Positions 25,420 through 38,405 are shown, numbered from the stretch's first letter. The stretch is DNA of 64,000 bases from Camelus ferus (GCF_009834535.1 NC_045697.1:52206001-52270000), one strand, 5' to 3'. Numbers and translations are program-made. Notes: generated by a model from the sequence alone, not told the origin.

Positions 25420-25892
25420 TGTATAAGATGTGGGGGCCATGAGAATGTGCTTTGCCTACCTCCTACTATAGAGAGTGTAACTGACCTTGAGCTCCAGCTT
25501 AGAAATCCAGTTACAAACACTTAGAAAGTGTTTGCTTTCAGGCTGCCACTCCCATAAGTTTTTCCAACCAACGACTGAGTACAGCAATGATAATAAGGCA
25601 GATTCCTTTCCAGAGAGACTATGAGACTTTGGCCAACTTCATCTGAGAGACTATGAGACTTTGGCCAACTTCATCTGAAGGATTCCCTGATGGATTTGCT
25701 GGGACTGTGTGGCACTCCACTCAAGTCTCTCCCCCTCTCCTTCACTCTGGGTTAGACTTGCCTAGTGGTCACATAGGTCTCCCAGCTTCCTCTGGGTGCC
25801 TCTGTATTTCTTTTCACATGGGTACCTTCTCCTAATAGAACCCTTGCTTGTTTCATCCTGCCTTCATATCTGCTTCTTAAAGGACACCAAGG
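25420..25892 (+). mobile_element. ERVL-type solo LTR (LTR16-like)
   Basis: ccaaccaacgactgagtacag...aaggcagattcctttcc...cttcactctgggttagacttgc...ttctcctaatag...atctgcttcttaaaggac. Confidence 0.65.
25613..25676. repeat. Perfect 32-bp tandem duplication
   Basis: gagagactatgagactttggccaacttcatct at 25613-25644 and 25645-25676. Confidence 0.97.
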
Positions 25893-26487
25893 GAAAATTT
25901 TACAAATTGCACAAATGGAGCCCATTCACATTGGAAAAGAGCTGGAGACCAGCATTCACACAACTTTATGAAATAAGAACAGAGTTAGCTAAAGCTTTGG
26001 GATATAGTTAATGCAACTTCATAGCCAATGTAGAGTGGCTCTGTACTTTAACGGATGGATTTTATCTCAAAAAGAAATAATAGTGTTTAGATTTGCCAGA
26101 ACTGATACTGACTTTTCAAAAAGTGTGAGTATTGGAGAAGAATTAGTGCAGTTAAGCTGAAAGTAAATATGAATGTAGACTCAAAGAATGCCAGAGATTT
26201 CCTTAGCCACACTGGCTACAAATTTTATCAACACCACATGCAGAAGTGATTAGTGATTAACACTAGAAGTACATTATTTGGCTCTATTCAGTACGGTTTC
26301 CAGAATGAACAGACCAAAAAGTAGTATCCCTTACAAACTGGTACCTGAACAAGATACATCCTTGTTCACATGTAGGACCCTTCCAGAGTAATTCTGAGTC
26401 TTGCCAATTCCTCACTGGACCATACCTCATAGACAAGCAGAAGTGCAAAATTGTGTGCTTGGGCTGTGGTGTGTTGGCAGGCAGGTT

Positions 26488-26680
26488 CTAGAGCTGTGCT
26501 AACGTGGTAGCCACCAACCTCAAGTGGCTTTGTCAATTTACAATTAAATTACTTAACTAAAATTGAAAATTCAGTTGCTCACTATACTATCCACAAGTCA
26601 TATGTGACTCATGATTCCTGCACTGGACAGCACAGATAGAGAACATTTCCCACATGGAGAAATATTCTGGGAAACAGGTC
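26488..26680 (-). mobile_element. hAT-Charlie MITE (MER3-like)
   Basis: gtggtagccac...aattgaaaattcagttgctca...tggacagcacagatagagaacatttcc matches the reverse of recalled MER3. Confidence 0.75.
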
Positions 26681-26699
26681 TCTTCTAGGGGAATTCCCC
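26665..26699. promoter_or_regulatory. GAS-type motif next to a palindromic NF-kB motif
   Basis: TTCTGGGAA at 26665-26673 and GGGGAATTCCCC at 26688-26699. Confidence 0.35.
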
Positions 26700-27339
26700 C
26701 AGGGAAACATGTTATCTGATTTTTTTTAAAGTAATTCTGCCACCTTTGGTGTGGGGAGTGAGTGTCACAAAGTCACTACACCAGCATAGTTCCCCCTTGT
26801 ACCTACCAAAGAGGCTTTAAGGACTGTTCCACAGGCCACTGAGATTTTAAGGAGCCACTGACGGAGGCTCAGCTTCACCTAGAGTGAGAATCAGTGACCA
26901 GCAAATTTCCTGGATATCTTCAGTTAATTTGGTACTTTTTCATCCATTGCCTAATAAGACTAAGTTTTAGGACCATAGAGTAGCCTTGTCAGCTTTTGGG
27001 TAAGTAGCAATGGACCTGGGGAAGGAATGAACCACCTTGTTGTCGAAAGACAGCATGAACGCAGCAGCCTGCGTGATGTTAGTGTGTCTGAGAGGATCCA
27101 GAGTTTGGGAATCTCCTGCAGCTGGGGGAAGAAATCACACTTCATGTGAGATGTGGAAAGGTAGCATGTCCACTCTGCAGGGACACCGTGGCCATGCACC
27201 CAAGACAGTCCACGTGGGCAGGGCTTGTTGACCTTTAAACAGAGGGGTGCTGTCTCAAAAGAAAAGAATCCTTCTGCTAGAATTGTTAACTCTGCTGGAA
27301 AGGCTATTGAAGGTAATAGGATATAAAGCATTGATACAG

Positions 27340-27720
27340 ATGAGTTGATCAATGAAGATCTCTCAAAGGAGGTGAAAATTGAGCAGAAACATGAATGATG
27401 AGAAGGAGTCAGCCATGTAAAGACCGAGGGAGTGACCTTGCCAGGTTGAGAGAACAGCAAGTATACAGGCCCCAGGGGACAAACGAGCTTAGTAAGTTCA
27501 CCGGAGGGAAAGAGAACCATTGTGTCTGGAACAGAATGAGAGAGGGAAAGACTGGGACGAGATGACACTGCAGAGTTAAGATCCTGAAGTTCTGTCAAGG
27601 AGTTTGAGTTTGATTCTAATTGTAAAGGAAGATCATTGAAGAGTTTGGAATAGGGGAGCGGTCTTCTTTGACTTAGATTTTTTTTAAAAAACTCTTCAAA
27701 CACTATATGGAAAGGGATTT
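27340..27720 (-). mobile_element. L2 fragment
   Basis: ggaggtgaaaattgagcaga...gaaggagtcagccatgtaaaga...gaacagcaagtatacaggccc...aggagtttgagtttgattctaattgtaaaggaagatcattgaagagttt. Confidence 0.8.
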
Positions 27721-28240
27721 ATATCAGGCAAGGTCCTAGTAAGAGAAAAAGCCACACTCAGAAGTGTTTAAAATGAAGAGAGTTTAATGAAGGGACTGCT
27801 TACAGAGGCATAGGTAGGCAAAGGCAGCTAACAAGGCTTCAGGAATTACCCAGGGACTAGTAACAGAGAGGAGTTATTACTATGCTAAAGCCTGAATAGA
27901 CAAACAGAAGACACAGTGATACCTGAATCCTGGTAGAGCTGATGTAGGAGAAGGAGATCACCCTACAAGAGCTGCTCTCTGCCAGACTGTGGGAAGGAAG
28001 CGGGGCAAAATAAATGCCCCTTCCTCTCTCTTTCTCCCTTCAGTCTTTTAGTGGGACTCAGTCTTCTGGACCCAACCGTCAAGGCAAGAAAGCCAGATAT
28101 GGGGACCAGACAATGCATTTTGTAAACCTGGAGGTCAAAGCAAAGCAGAAAAGGAGAGAAAGTGAATATAGAGGGTGGGGTGGAGAGCAACAGGGCAGGC
28201 TGCAGAGAGCAGAAGTGGATCTGTAAGAACCAAGCATGTG
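27720..28240 (-). mobile_element. Old ERVL-type solo LTR, subfamily uncertain
   Basis: tatcaggcaaggtcctag...cacactca...gagagtttaatgaagggact...ttacagagg...cccagggactagtaacag is the reverse of an LTR 3' end. Confidence 0.55.
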
Positions 28241-29164
28241 CACAGCATGATAAGAAGCACTATGGAAAGTAAAATTCCAACATAGTTTAAAGAATATTTG
28301 TCAATATTAAATACCATTTTCTTAAAATACAGTGGTGGAGAGACGTTTATAAATATTGTATTTAACTAGTTCATTAACGTGGCTTCATTCTACCTAAAGA
28401 AACCTGTGCTTATGAAAAATAACATCAATATCTTTTGAGATAAATAAAGGAAGAACCAGTTATGTCAATGTCATAAAATAAAAAATAACAAAAAGCAGGT
28501 AATATGGGAAAAATCTACTCTATCTTCTGGGTCCATTCCCCAGGGTATTCATGCTGGCCTCCCTAGCTCTTAAATAAATACTCTCCCAGGTAGAATATGA
28601 ATGATAAATGATTGTGGGTGGACATTAAAACTATGCATCCATGAGAAGCAAACATTAACTTCAAGAAGAATGTTCTCATAACCACAGTGCCTAAGACCCA
28701 ATTTTTCTCCCACTTTTGGAACATCCTAATGTTTTCTCCACTTTTTACTACCTTCTAAGGTCTCCTTTTGGGATACTGAGCCATAAGAAACTAACAAAAT
28801 AACAAGAGAGTTTTGTTAAAACACAGAAAAAAATTATGGGCTCTTTTAGCACTTCAATATATGACTTACGAGAAGGAGACAGTCTAGGTAGTATAAGGCA
28901 AGGCGGAAAAAAAGAACAGACAATATTTTAGCATAATAATGATTGAAAAACTTGTTAATGGTGGAACCAATCCTAGAAGTAGAGACTTGCTTGCCTGCTT
29001 TGCTCTCTTTTCCTTATCTTCCTTTACTCCTTGTGCATGAGGTCTAAACCCTTTCCACGCCCCCATCCACCCAAAAAGTAAGATAAAACCCACGCCCAGG
29101 GGCCTGAGTAGTGAAGAGAAGCAGCATGACAATGAGGAACAGCCTGAGGGTAAAAAGACAAAAT

Positions 29165-31747
29165 AGGCTTCTATTTGTGTCTACAAGAAAGTAAGGCAGC
29201 TTGGCCCTCTAGACCACTAGAAAACTGAACAAAATACAGGAAACAACTATTTTCAGATATTAGACAACAGGCAGCACAACCATCAGGATCCTTGAGAAAT
29301 GGGGGTGCTGGTGGGGGGACAACTAGGTGAAACTTCCCATCACTCAAGTGATACAAAGAGGAAGAACTCAGAGAGTCCAGCAGTCTTCGTGTGCTGAACA
29401 GACATCGATTGGAATTCAAGGAGGCCAAGTTGCTAAAATTTGCAAGGCAACACACTTGAGAGTACAAAATTACACAGAAAAACAGCTCCAGAAACCTGTG
29501 TAAGGCTCACTTTGAGTCTTTAGCCAAACAGCATTCTGCCCACTTATAAGGTAAAATTCTATAAGGACAGACAAGAAAAATTTCTGAGGAAAAAGCAATC
29601 ACCAGCAAGATGAATTAATAGGTGATAGTTCCTGGAGATAAAATGGGCCAGAAAGAGTGAATTCCCTTCAGCCAGAATGCAGAGACTCTGCTGCACATAT
29701 AAGGCATTCAGTAGACTGTAGAAGGGCCAGGCCTTAAAGGTGAGAATGTTTAGTTCTAGAATAAAAGCTATCCTATATCCACCCAAAATAAAAGGACTTA
29801 AAACCAAGCTATGAAATGATCAAACTAATCCACAAGTGATTTAACTCTCTTCAGAAAAAATCCAAAAATATTAAATTAACACAAAAATTTCTAGCACTCA
29901 ACAACATAAAATCAGAGGTCAAGCAACCATTAAAAAGAAATTAGATATGCAAAGAAGCAGGAGAATATGACAAATTATCAGAAGAATCAGTCAATAGAAA
30001 CATACCCAAAAATGACAGAGAGAGAATTAGAAGACTGAGATCTCAAAATGGTACCACACATTTGTTCCACATATTCAAGGATGTAAAGAAGGGAAATTAA
30101 CATAATAATGAAAGAAATGGAAGACATACAAAAGAACCAAATGGGACATCTAGAAATTAAAATAATAAAAATTAAAATTTAAAACGTCAGTGGGAGGGTA
30201 TAGCTCAAGTGGTAGAGCAAATGCTTAGCATGCTTGAGGTTCTGGGTTCAATCCCCAGCACCTTCTGTAAAAAATAAATAAACCTAATTATGACCCCCAG
30301 CCAAGATAAAATAAAATAAAATGATATAATAGTAAATAAATAAATAAAATATTTAAAAATTCTTAAATGTACTAGAAGCAATTAATAGTAGTTTAAACAC
30401 TATAGAAAAAAAATCAGTGAAACTGAGGCCACAGTAATAGTACCTATCCAAATGAAATACAAGAATTTAAAAATCTTAAATCAACAGAAACTCAGTGGCC
30501 TGTAGAATAGTATCAACTAGTCTAACATAGATATGATAAGAATCTGAAGGATAAGCAGAAAAATATATTTGAATAGCAAATTGTCAACATTTTCCAAATT
30601 TGATTAATTCCATCAGCAATTAGATCCAGGAAGTTCAATGACACCCAAGCAAGATGAACATAAAATCACACAAAGCCATATTATGATTAAACTGCTGAAA
30701 ACAAGCATTAAAGGGAATATTTTTAAAACAGTCACATGAAAAAAGACACATATGCACAGAGGAACAAAAATGAGAACACCCAAAGACGTCCTGCCAGAAA
30801 CTAAGCAAGCTATAGGACAATGCAGAGAGAAGAAAACCATCAACATAGAATCTCTAGCCAGCAAAAATATTCTTGGGGGGAAAAATTAGAATTTTATCAC
30901 AAAAACAAAAGCTGAGAGAATCTAATGAATAAACCATTCATGGAAGTAAAATAGAATCCTAAAAATATTAAATTAATCCAAAATAAGGCAGGAAAAATAA
31001 AAACAAACAGAGAAAATAAATACCAAGGTGGTAGATTTAAACTCAACCCTGTCAATAATTACATTACATATAAATAGTCTAAGAATTTGAATTAAAAACA
31101 GAGATTATCTGAATGGATTATAAAATAAGACAACTATATACTGTTTCCAAGAAACCCATTTTAAAAATAAGACATAGGTTAACATTTAAAGGATGGAAGA
31201 AAGATACAACTTGTAAACATTAACCATAAGAAAGCTGGAGTGGCTTTATTAACATCAAAGTAAACATCATAATGTTATTATGAAATGTTACTATACATTT
31301 TTTCAAGTTCACATGGCACATTCATCAAGATAGACCAAATGTCATGCCATAAAAACTAGTTTCAACAAATTTAGAAGGACTGAGATCATACCACATGTAT
31401 TACTTTACCATACCATATTCAATTAGAAATCAGTAACAGAAAAAAACATTTAGAAAATCCCCAAATATTTGGAAATGAAATTTTTAAGCAACATATTGGT
31501 CAAAGAAGAAATCACAAAATAAATTAGAAAACTGTATTAAAATACATGAAAATAAAACCCAGCATATTGGAATTTGTGGGGTGAAGCTAAAATAGTGCTT
31601 TGAGAGGAATTTATAGCTTTAACTGATTGCATTAGAAAAGATTTCAAAACAATGTCCTAAGCATCATCCTTAAAAAGCTAGAAAAATAAGAACAAATTAA
31701 ACCCAAGGTGGGTAGAAGGAAGAAAAGGATAAATAATAGAAATCAGA
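29165..31747 (+). mobile_element. Old LINE-1 (L1M): 5' region, ORF1 and ORF2 endonuclease remnants
   Basis: A-rich L1 text: gatccaggaagttcaatgacacccaagcaagat (ORF1); gaaagctggagtggctttattaacatc, caagttcacatggcacattcatcaagatagacc and gtcaaagaagaaatcaca (endonuclease region). Confidence 0.85.
30192..30360 (+). mobile_element. tRNA-derived SINE (camelid Vic-1 type) inserted in L1
   Basis: gggagggtatagctcaagtggtagagc...ggttcaatccccagcacc contains Pol III A and B boxes. Body aaataaataaacctaatta and an A-rich tail. Confidence 0.88.
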
Positions 31748-32032
31748 AAAAACACTTATGGTTACCAGGGGAAAGGGAGTGGGGAGGGATAAATCAGAAG
31801 TTTGAAATTTGCAGATGCTAACAGCTATGTATAAAAATAGATAAACAACAAGTTTCTTCTGTATAGCACAGGGAACTATATTCAGTTCTTATAACCGATA
31901 ATGAAAAAGAATATAAGAAGAAATATATATGTATGTATATGTATGACTGAAACATTATGCTGTACACCAGAAATTGACACACAGTAAACCAACTATATTT
32001 CAATTAAAAAATCCAAAATACAAAACAAAAAT
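31748..32032 (+). mobile_element. Young L1 3' UTR tail, no TSD found
   Basis: cttatggttaccaggggaaaggg...ctgtatagcacagggaactatattc...tacaccagaaattgacac, similar to 24290-24968. Confidence 0.88.
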
Positions 32033-32044
32033 GTTAAAATTTAT

Positions 32045-32485
32045 CATATAATTCAACTACTTTAAAAATCTTTTATGGCTTCTCAGGGCTTATAGGATAA
32101 ACCCCAAACTCCTTAGCCTAGCATCTGAGGCCCTTTGGGGTCCCAGCCCTACTGCTGCTCTCTACAATGCCTTCTGACTGAAATGTCCAGCTTTATCCAC
32201 CTGGTGAACACCGTATCCTCCAGCATCCAGACTGGATCTTGATCCATGAGGACTCTTCTCAGCCACCCAAGAAGATTTCATCTCTCTGCCTCTTTTAAGT
32301 CTATAGGACCCTGTGTTAGCCCTTGTCACCAATACTGCCATAATTTGTTTGATAATCTCTAACTCCTCAAGATGGACCGTGGGCTCTTTTGCAATCTCTT
32401 CCTTGAGGACAGGGGCTGGAGCTCCCTCATTTTTGTTTCTCCAGCAGGCACATCTCACACGGCACATAGTCGTCACTCAATTTTT
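32045..32485 (+). mobile_element. L2 3' region
   Basis: tataggataaaccccaaactccttagcctagcat...gaggccc...ccttgaggacagggg...ggcacatagt. Confidence 0.75.
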
Positions 32486-35079
32486 TTTTTTTTAAATAAA
32501 TCATGGTCTGATCTCCTGACTGGATGAAAGAGAACAGGGGTTCTTTCAAGGATGAAAGACCCCAAACAGGTGGAATTTTAAAAGTGAATAGGTTACCTTC
32601 TCTAAGGTTGGTTAAGACAAATATGAAAAAGGACATTTCATAACAGGAAGAATTATTAAACATTTTTACTCTGGCTCCCGTCTCATTCTGGCATTGCTTC
32701 TAATCTCAAGCAGCTCTGAGGAAATTATGTTTGACCACAAGCTCCACAAACTATTTCTAGTTTCTGACACAAAATCCAAGAGAGAAACTTTATATGTCAC
32801 CTATAACCTCGTTCTACCTCAACCTTCAAATCCACCCTCACCCCCTTTCACTCTCTCTTCCACACTGGACAAATTTCCCCAGGGAAGAATGAAGATATTT
32901 ATAACAGCCAAATAAAGAAGTCTGTGCTGGAAAGTTGGCCTGGCCCAGGGAAGTTTGCGTGCTTCCTTCCAATCATCCACAGAAAATTGAGAATGTGCCC
33001 ACCTCCCAGTGCTCGGGAATTAGCTGCTGTCCTTTCTAGGTTCTCCTGCATCATCTTTGATCTGTGAACTTGGGTGTCTGCATATTCCTTTACAAACATT
33101 TTCACAGACCTCCAATATTACATGGGCACAGCTCTTCTAGATAGAAAAGTCTGGGAACTGCATGAAAACTAGTTTCCTTTTTGGAAATAAACATGTTTGT
33201 GCTAAATTAAATATTTAATTCTTTAAGATACTGTTTTGAAACAAAGTCTGAACAATAGAGAGCTATGCAGAAAGCATGACAAAGCTAAAATGAAGGCAGG
33301 GAGACTCTTGGGAGAATTCCAGAAGTTCCTGATCCAGCCAGGGCAGGCAGAGGAGGCTGGCAAAATTGACAAGAGGCAAAGCTTGCCTTCTGGAATAGCT
33401 TGTCTCCTCCTCTGCATCTCCTGGTGCCCTCCCCCTGGCTGCCTCCTCTCAGGTGGCTTTCAGGAGATGATCTCATATTTCTTCGCACTGAAACTGTACC
33501 TAAATGTGTAACAAGAAGAATGAATTTCCTCTCCTCAGGATTTGCCTTTTATAGAATGATAAAGGTCTCTCCAACCTCACTTTGGTTTAAACCGAAAGGA
33601 ACTCTTTTTAGGGGTAAGCTAAACAGATGGGAGAGAGAGCAGACTTGTCACTTCCCTCATGGAGGAAGTGGAGAACGCAGAGCTGATGGGGAGATATTCT
33701 CCGCCAACACTGAAGGACTCAGGACCAATTTAGCCAAGGCCAAGGAGCCATCTTCAAGCATCCTACTGAAGGTGTAGCAAGGCCTTGCTCACTGAAGCTC
33801 ACACTGACAGAAATGAACACTTTTTAAGGAACAGAGGGAATAGAGGACCCCCACTTCCCTTCACCTTACTAACACCCCAACATCTTATCTGTCACACTGT
33901 CACAAATTGGTTTCTATCCCTTCTCCTTGAACATAAGAGATCTGTCCCATCTTCCTAAGTGTGTTAGCATCACTTTGCTTTATGTTTTAAATTTTCCCCT
34001 TTGTCTTTTCACCTCAGCTTGTCAAGGTTCCTTAAATCCTATAGTTATCTCCTAAATTATTACCTCTCTATCCAACTCAATGCCAATAACCGACTTCTAA
34101 AGGGAGAAAAATTTGAATGTGCTAACTGCATAAAATAAATCTTATAGTACTACCAGGAGAATGACAGCAAGTGCCACCTAATTTCCAGGACCTACGGTTC
34201 TAAAAATTTTCCTGGCAGCTACCAGCACATTTACTACTTAGTGAGTGGTATTACCTTTACCTAAGTCTTTGCTCCACACCCTGGGATGAATGGCTGACAA
34301 TAAATGGCCCAGCTGAATATCATTGCTTCTGAAAGCTTGTTATCTCAGCCTTCCCAGAGTCCCCAGGTCTAGAGTAAATTAAATTATAAGTGAGGAAAAA
34401 TTAGGCAGACTATATTTTGAATCACAAAAGGGATTGATTGTTCAGTAACTCCCTCTTTTGGTCAGGAGAGGAATGTTAAAGTTCAGCGAGGGATGTGAAA
34501 TAAATATATAAAGAATATTTAAAGAAAATTCATTTTAAAGGCTTTTTAAAGACCCAAAGTAGCATCTTAACCTGTGAAACAAAGGCTGAACTTGGGCAGA
34601 GGGAGAGACGTGGCAAAGGTGACCAATCCCATGCGTGCACCTGAGGTGCCCAGGATGTGTCTAAGCTGTCACATATCTGGGGCTGGGACCTGGGAGGGAC
34701 TGACACAGATATTACAGGGGTTCATTTGCTTTCAGACCAAGGACTGTCTTGAGAATGAATGGTCTGTTGCCATGAACGTGAGAGTCAAATACACAAGCTT
34801 GGTTTAAAGAAAATGTTTCAGTGGCAGAGGGAGAGCAACATGGAGAAGCTCACAGACCTTGCTCCTCACATAACCCTGGACACTGCTCTCCTGGCCCTCT
34901 GTCTGATTCCCAGGGTTACCTGTGCAAACCAGGTCACCAAAGCTGCACCATGCCAACAGGTGCTAGGATCCAAAAATGACTGACTAACATCGGTTCTCAA
35001 GGTCTCCTTTTATTTCACTTTAAGCTCGCCACAAAACGTCATGTCTCTAAAATGCATCCCAAGAGGCATCTTAAAATTC

Positions 35080-35412
35080 TTGGCTCCTTCCTGATCCCTT
35101 TTACAGCTACCCACATGCCCATCACTCACTTTCCTCTCATCTCTGCTCCGTGCCATCTTCTCACTGAGGCCTCCCTGACCATCCTACTTAAAATAGCAAA
35201 GTCCTAACACTCTCCCCACCTGCCACCCCTTATCCCCTCTCTGTCTCATTTTTCTTCATGATTAATATTTGACATCCTTTCTGTTTTGCTTGCTGCTTAT
35301 CTTTCTCCCCTCTTTAGAATGTAAGCACAAGGAGGAGGGGAATTTCAGGGGGATTGGTTTTGTTCACCACTCAGTGTCTGGAATAATAAACATGTATTTA
35401 ATGAATTAATCA
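35080..35412 (+). mobile_element. L2 3' end
   Basis: gaggcctccctgaccatcctacttaaaatagc...tttagaatgtaagcac...ttttgttcac...tttaatgaattaat. Confidence 0.75.
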
Positions 35413-37179
35413 AAGAGTGGATTATTTCATACACTGCTTTCTTTCTACAATCTCATAGAATCATTTGCTTACCCTCAGATGACTCCATCTACCCGAATTG
35501 GCTACAGCAGGTTCTAGGTGAACTCAATGACACCGGACTCATAAGATGAGAAATAACTGCCTCGGGTTTCTATTGATTTTGGTCTTAACTGTGGGATGAG
35601 GGATATTACATTTCCTGAGCAAAAGGGGGCCTTAAAAGGAAACTGAGAATTAGGGAAGAAATTGTTTCTTGGTTGGAACAATTCTAGTTCTCTCTGCTTT
35701 TAATCCTGTTATCGTGTGGTACGTTACCTCCTCTTGAAACTGTTCTTGGATCAGGCTTCTTCTCTGGTGTGAATGTAATCACCCCAAGCATCAGTGAGAA
35801 CCAGAATAAGAAAAATTCGCATATTTTACTTAGAAAATTCCCAGAATGACTTCATGACCAAACAGTGATTAGATTTTTCTGGTTCTGATGCTCTTTCTCA
35901 GGATGAAAAATACAGAATTGCATCATTAGGCCATTTGTCTGTACAGCATCCAGCACGGAGATGGATACCCAGGGACAATTTCATGGGTTTTTTCCTGTGA
36001 TCACTAAGATATTTATTACATTTCATATTTGATAATGTGTTGGAACCACAGTGAATCCAAGAAATACAGTCCCTTCTAAGTAGGAGATTACAATCTTACA
36101 TAAAAGTAAAACTAATAACAAAAAAGAATGCATGGTTAAGTATCAAATAAGCTTATTGGCTATGTTCATTTCACCATAAGTTTTTTTTTCTTATTATTCT
36201 CCTGTTTATTTGACAGTTAAAGTTTCTCTTTTAATCCAGAGATCTAACATTGCTAGGAACCCAGTGGGTAACCTAAGTTTTGTTTCTGGCCTATGCCTGA
36301 AAGTTCAATATCTCTATTCTTAGCTTCAGCTTTGCCTTAGAAGAAACTGTATTTTAGAGCAATTTTAGCTCCAGGGATCAAATTTCGCTCAATTTGTCTG
36401 TTAAAGGAGGAAATTTATTTTGCCCAGCAGGTAGGATATGGTGTAAATTAATTAATGATCATGAAGAGCTTTTAAATACTGACTGAATGTTCACTCTTAT
36501 GATAATTAAAAGTGAAATTCGGTGACCATAGCCTATGTCATAGCCATAGTCATTAGAAATCAAGTTCCATAGACTAATGGTTATTCATTCAAACTGTTCT
36601 TTGACTTTAACATGTACAAGTTCTATTGAGAAAGCTGCTTATTTGAGAAGAATTCTGTAGTAGCACATTTGCATTAATTAACCCTATCTAATTTGGTACA
36701 GTATGGCTCAAAATTCATTAAATCCCAATAAAAACTGTGCTTTTTAAGTCATGTGTCTCTTTTTCCAATGTTTAAGATAGACTGTTTCAAACTTAGAAGT
36801 CTTGGAAGAATTTTTGAAGATAGCTTCAAATTACTCATTCACAGCTGTTTGTGCCAGAATTTATCGAAGAAAATTTTTGTTGCCAAGTTAGGTTTTTCTC
36901 TGCCTTTGCAACGTGTTTCTTTGTCAACAACTCCTGTCACTCAGTAGATAGAATACAAACTAAATTTTAATACTATCAGAAGGAAAGTAAAACTAGGATG
37001 TTAGGACTATCCAAAAAAAAAGTGATTTTCCCCAAAACCAAGTATAAATTTGCTTAGATTATCTACATTGTTTCTCTCCTTCATAGGTTTTATCATTAAA
37101 TATTCACTGTCATGAAATGTTACCTTTAATTAGGTTTCACAGACTGAGTGAGAGACTTAACCTTCCAAGGATAGTCAGG

Positions 37180-37340
37180 AGCAGTGGGGTAGTGAAAAAA
37201 GCGTAGCTTTGGAATCAAACTCTGTCCCTAATGCCTAGTGAGATCTTTAAGAGACATTAACATTTCCAAACCTCAATTTTCTCATCTCTAAAATTAACTT
37301 AATAATAACTTACAAGAGGTTTATGAGGATTCAGTCAGCT
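37180..37340 (+). mobile_element. MIR fragment
   Basis: gcagtggggtagtgaaaaaagcgtagctttggaatcaaac...cctcaattttctcatctctaaaat. Confidence 0.7.
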
Positions 37341-37695
37341 TGCTATATACTGAACGTTTGTGTCCCACAAAAAATTGATGTGCTAGATACTAACTCCCAA
37401 TGTGATGGTATTTGGAGATGGGGTCATTGGGGTGATCAGGTCATAAGGGTGGCACCCTAACAAGTGGGATGGGTGCCCTTATAAAAAGACCCAGAGACCC
37501 AGGTGCCCCTTCCACCATGTGAGGACACAGTTGTCTATGAACCAGAAAGAAGGCTTTCCCTAGACACCAAATCTGCCAGCACCTTTGTCTTAGACTTCCT
37601 GTCCTCCAGAAATGCGAGAAATAAGTTTGTGCTGTCTATAGACCGCCCAGTCTATGGCCTTCTGTCTTAGCAGCCCAAACTGACAGACTAAGACA
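37341..37695 (+). mobile_element. MaLR 5' LTR (MLT1A-like)
   Basis: TG...CA termini: tgctatatactgaacgtttgtgtccc...cccaatgtgatggtatttggagatgggg...ccaccatgtgaggacacag...gcagcccaaactgacagactaagaca. Confidence 0.9.
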
Positions 37696-38405
37696 GAAAC
37701 TGGTCCTAAGCAGTGGATGCCGCTGTAACAAACACCTAAGTATGTGGAAGTAGCTGTGGACCTGAGTAATGAACAGAGGCTGGGAGAATTTTGAGACACA
37801 TCTTAGAAAACCAACATTGCCTTGAATGGACCATTAAGGGCAATTCTGGTGAGCACTCAGAAAGAAAAGGGGAGAGCGGTGGAGAAAGCCTCAGTCTTCT
37901 CATAGTACACCACAGCACTCCTGAACAGAATGCTGGTAGAAATATGAAGTCGCAGACAGAAATGAGGAACATGTTTTTGAAAACTGCAGGAAAGGTAATT
38001 TTGAGCAAAAGTGGCAAAGAACTCGGCTGGCTTGTGCTCATGCCCTCATGCGTTGTGGAAGGTGGAGCTTGTGAATGGTAAACCTACAGAACTGGCTTGG
38101 AAGGAATCCCTAAGCAGTGTTGAAGGAGCGGTCTGGTTCCTCCTACCTGCTTATAGTGTAATGTGAGAAGAGAGAAATGATGTAAAGACGGACTCATTCA
38201 GCAAAAAGGAAGCAGAACTCGAAGATTTGGAAAATTCTCAGCTTATCTATATCGTAAAAATGGAGACAGCTGAACAGTAGAAAAACTAAGTGTGGCCAAG
38301 CCATCACTGGATAAGGAGATTCCTCTGAATCAGCCATTTCAACAGCAGCTGGGAACTGCTGTCCAAGGCCAGGGGAGAATGACCATGAGGGCAATGCAGA
38401 GATCA
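37696..38405 (+). mobile_element. MaLR internal sequence (MLT1-int), 3'-truncated
   Basis: Directly follows the LTR: gaaactggtcc...gctgtaacaaacacctaagtatgtggaagtagct...agaggctgg...agtggcaaagaactcggctg...taagcagtgttgaaggagcgg. Confidence 0.8.

Noticed and set aside
26960..27703. Longest ORF (247 aa, minus strand)
   Set aside because: It has a non-ATG start, its first half is read from a decayed L2, and the Ser/Leu/Pro-rich peptide has no recognisable domain.
30192..30262. tRNA-like sequence (also 47283-47358 on the minus strand)
   Set aside because: It has an A-rich tail, a TSD in one copy and a poor acceptor stem, so it is a SINE rather than a tRNA gene.
33223..33777. Cluster of overlapping ORFs on both strands
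   Set aside because: This is a locally GC-richer patch with fewer stops; there is no recognisable protein or convincing splice pair.
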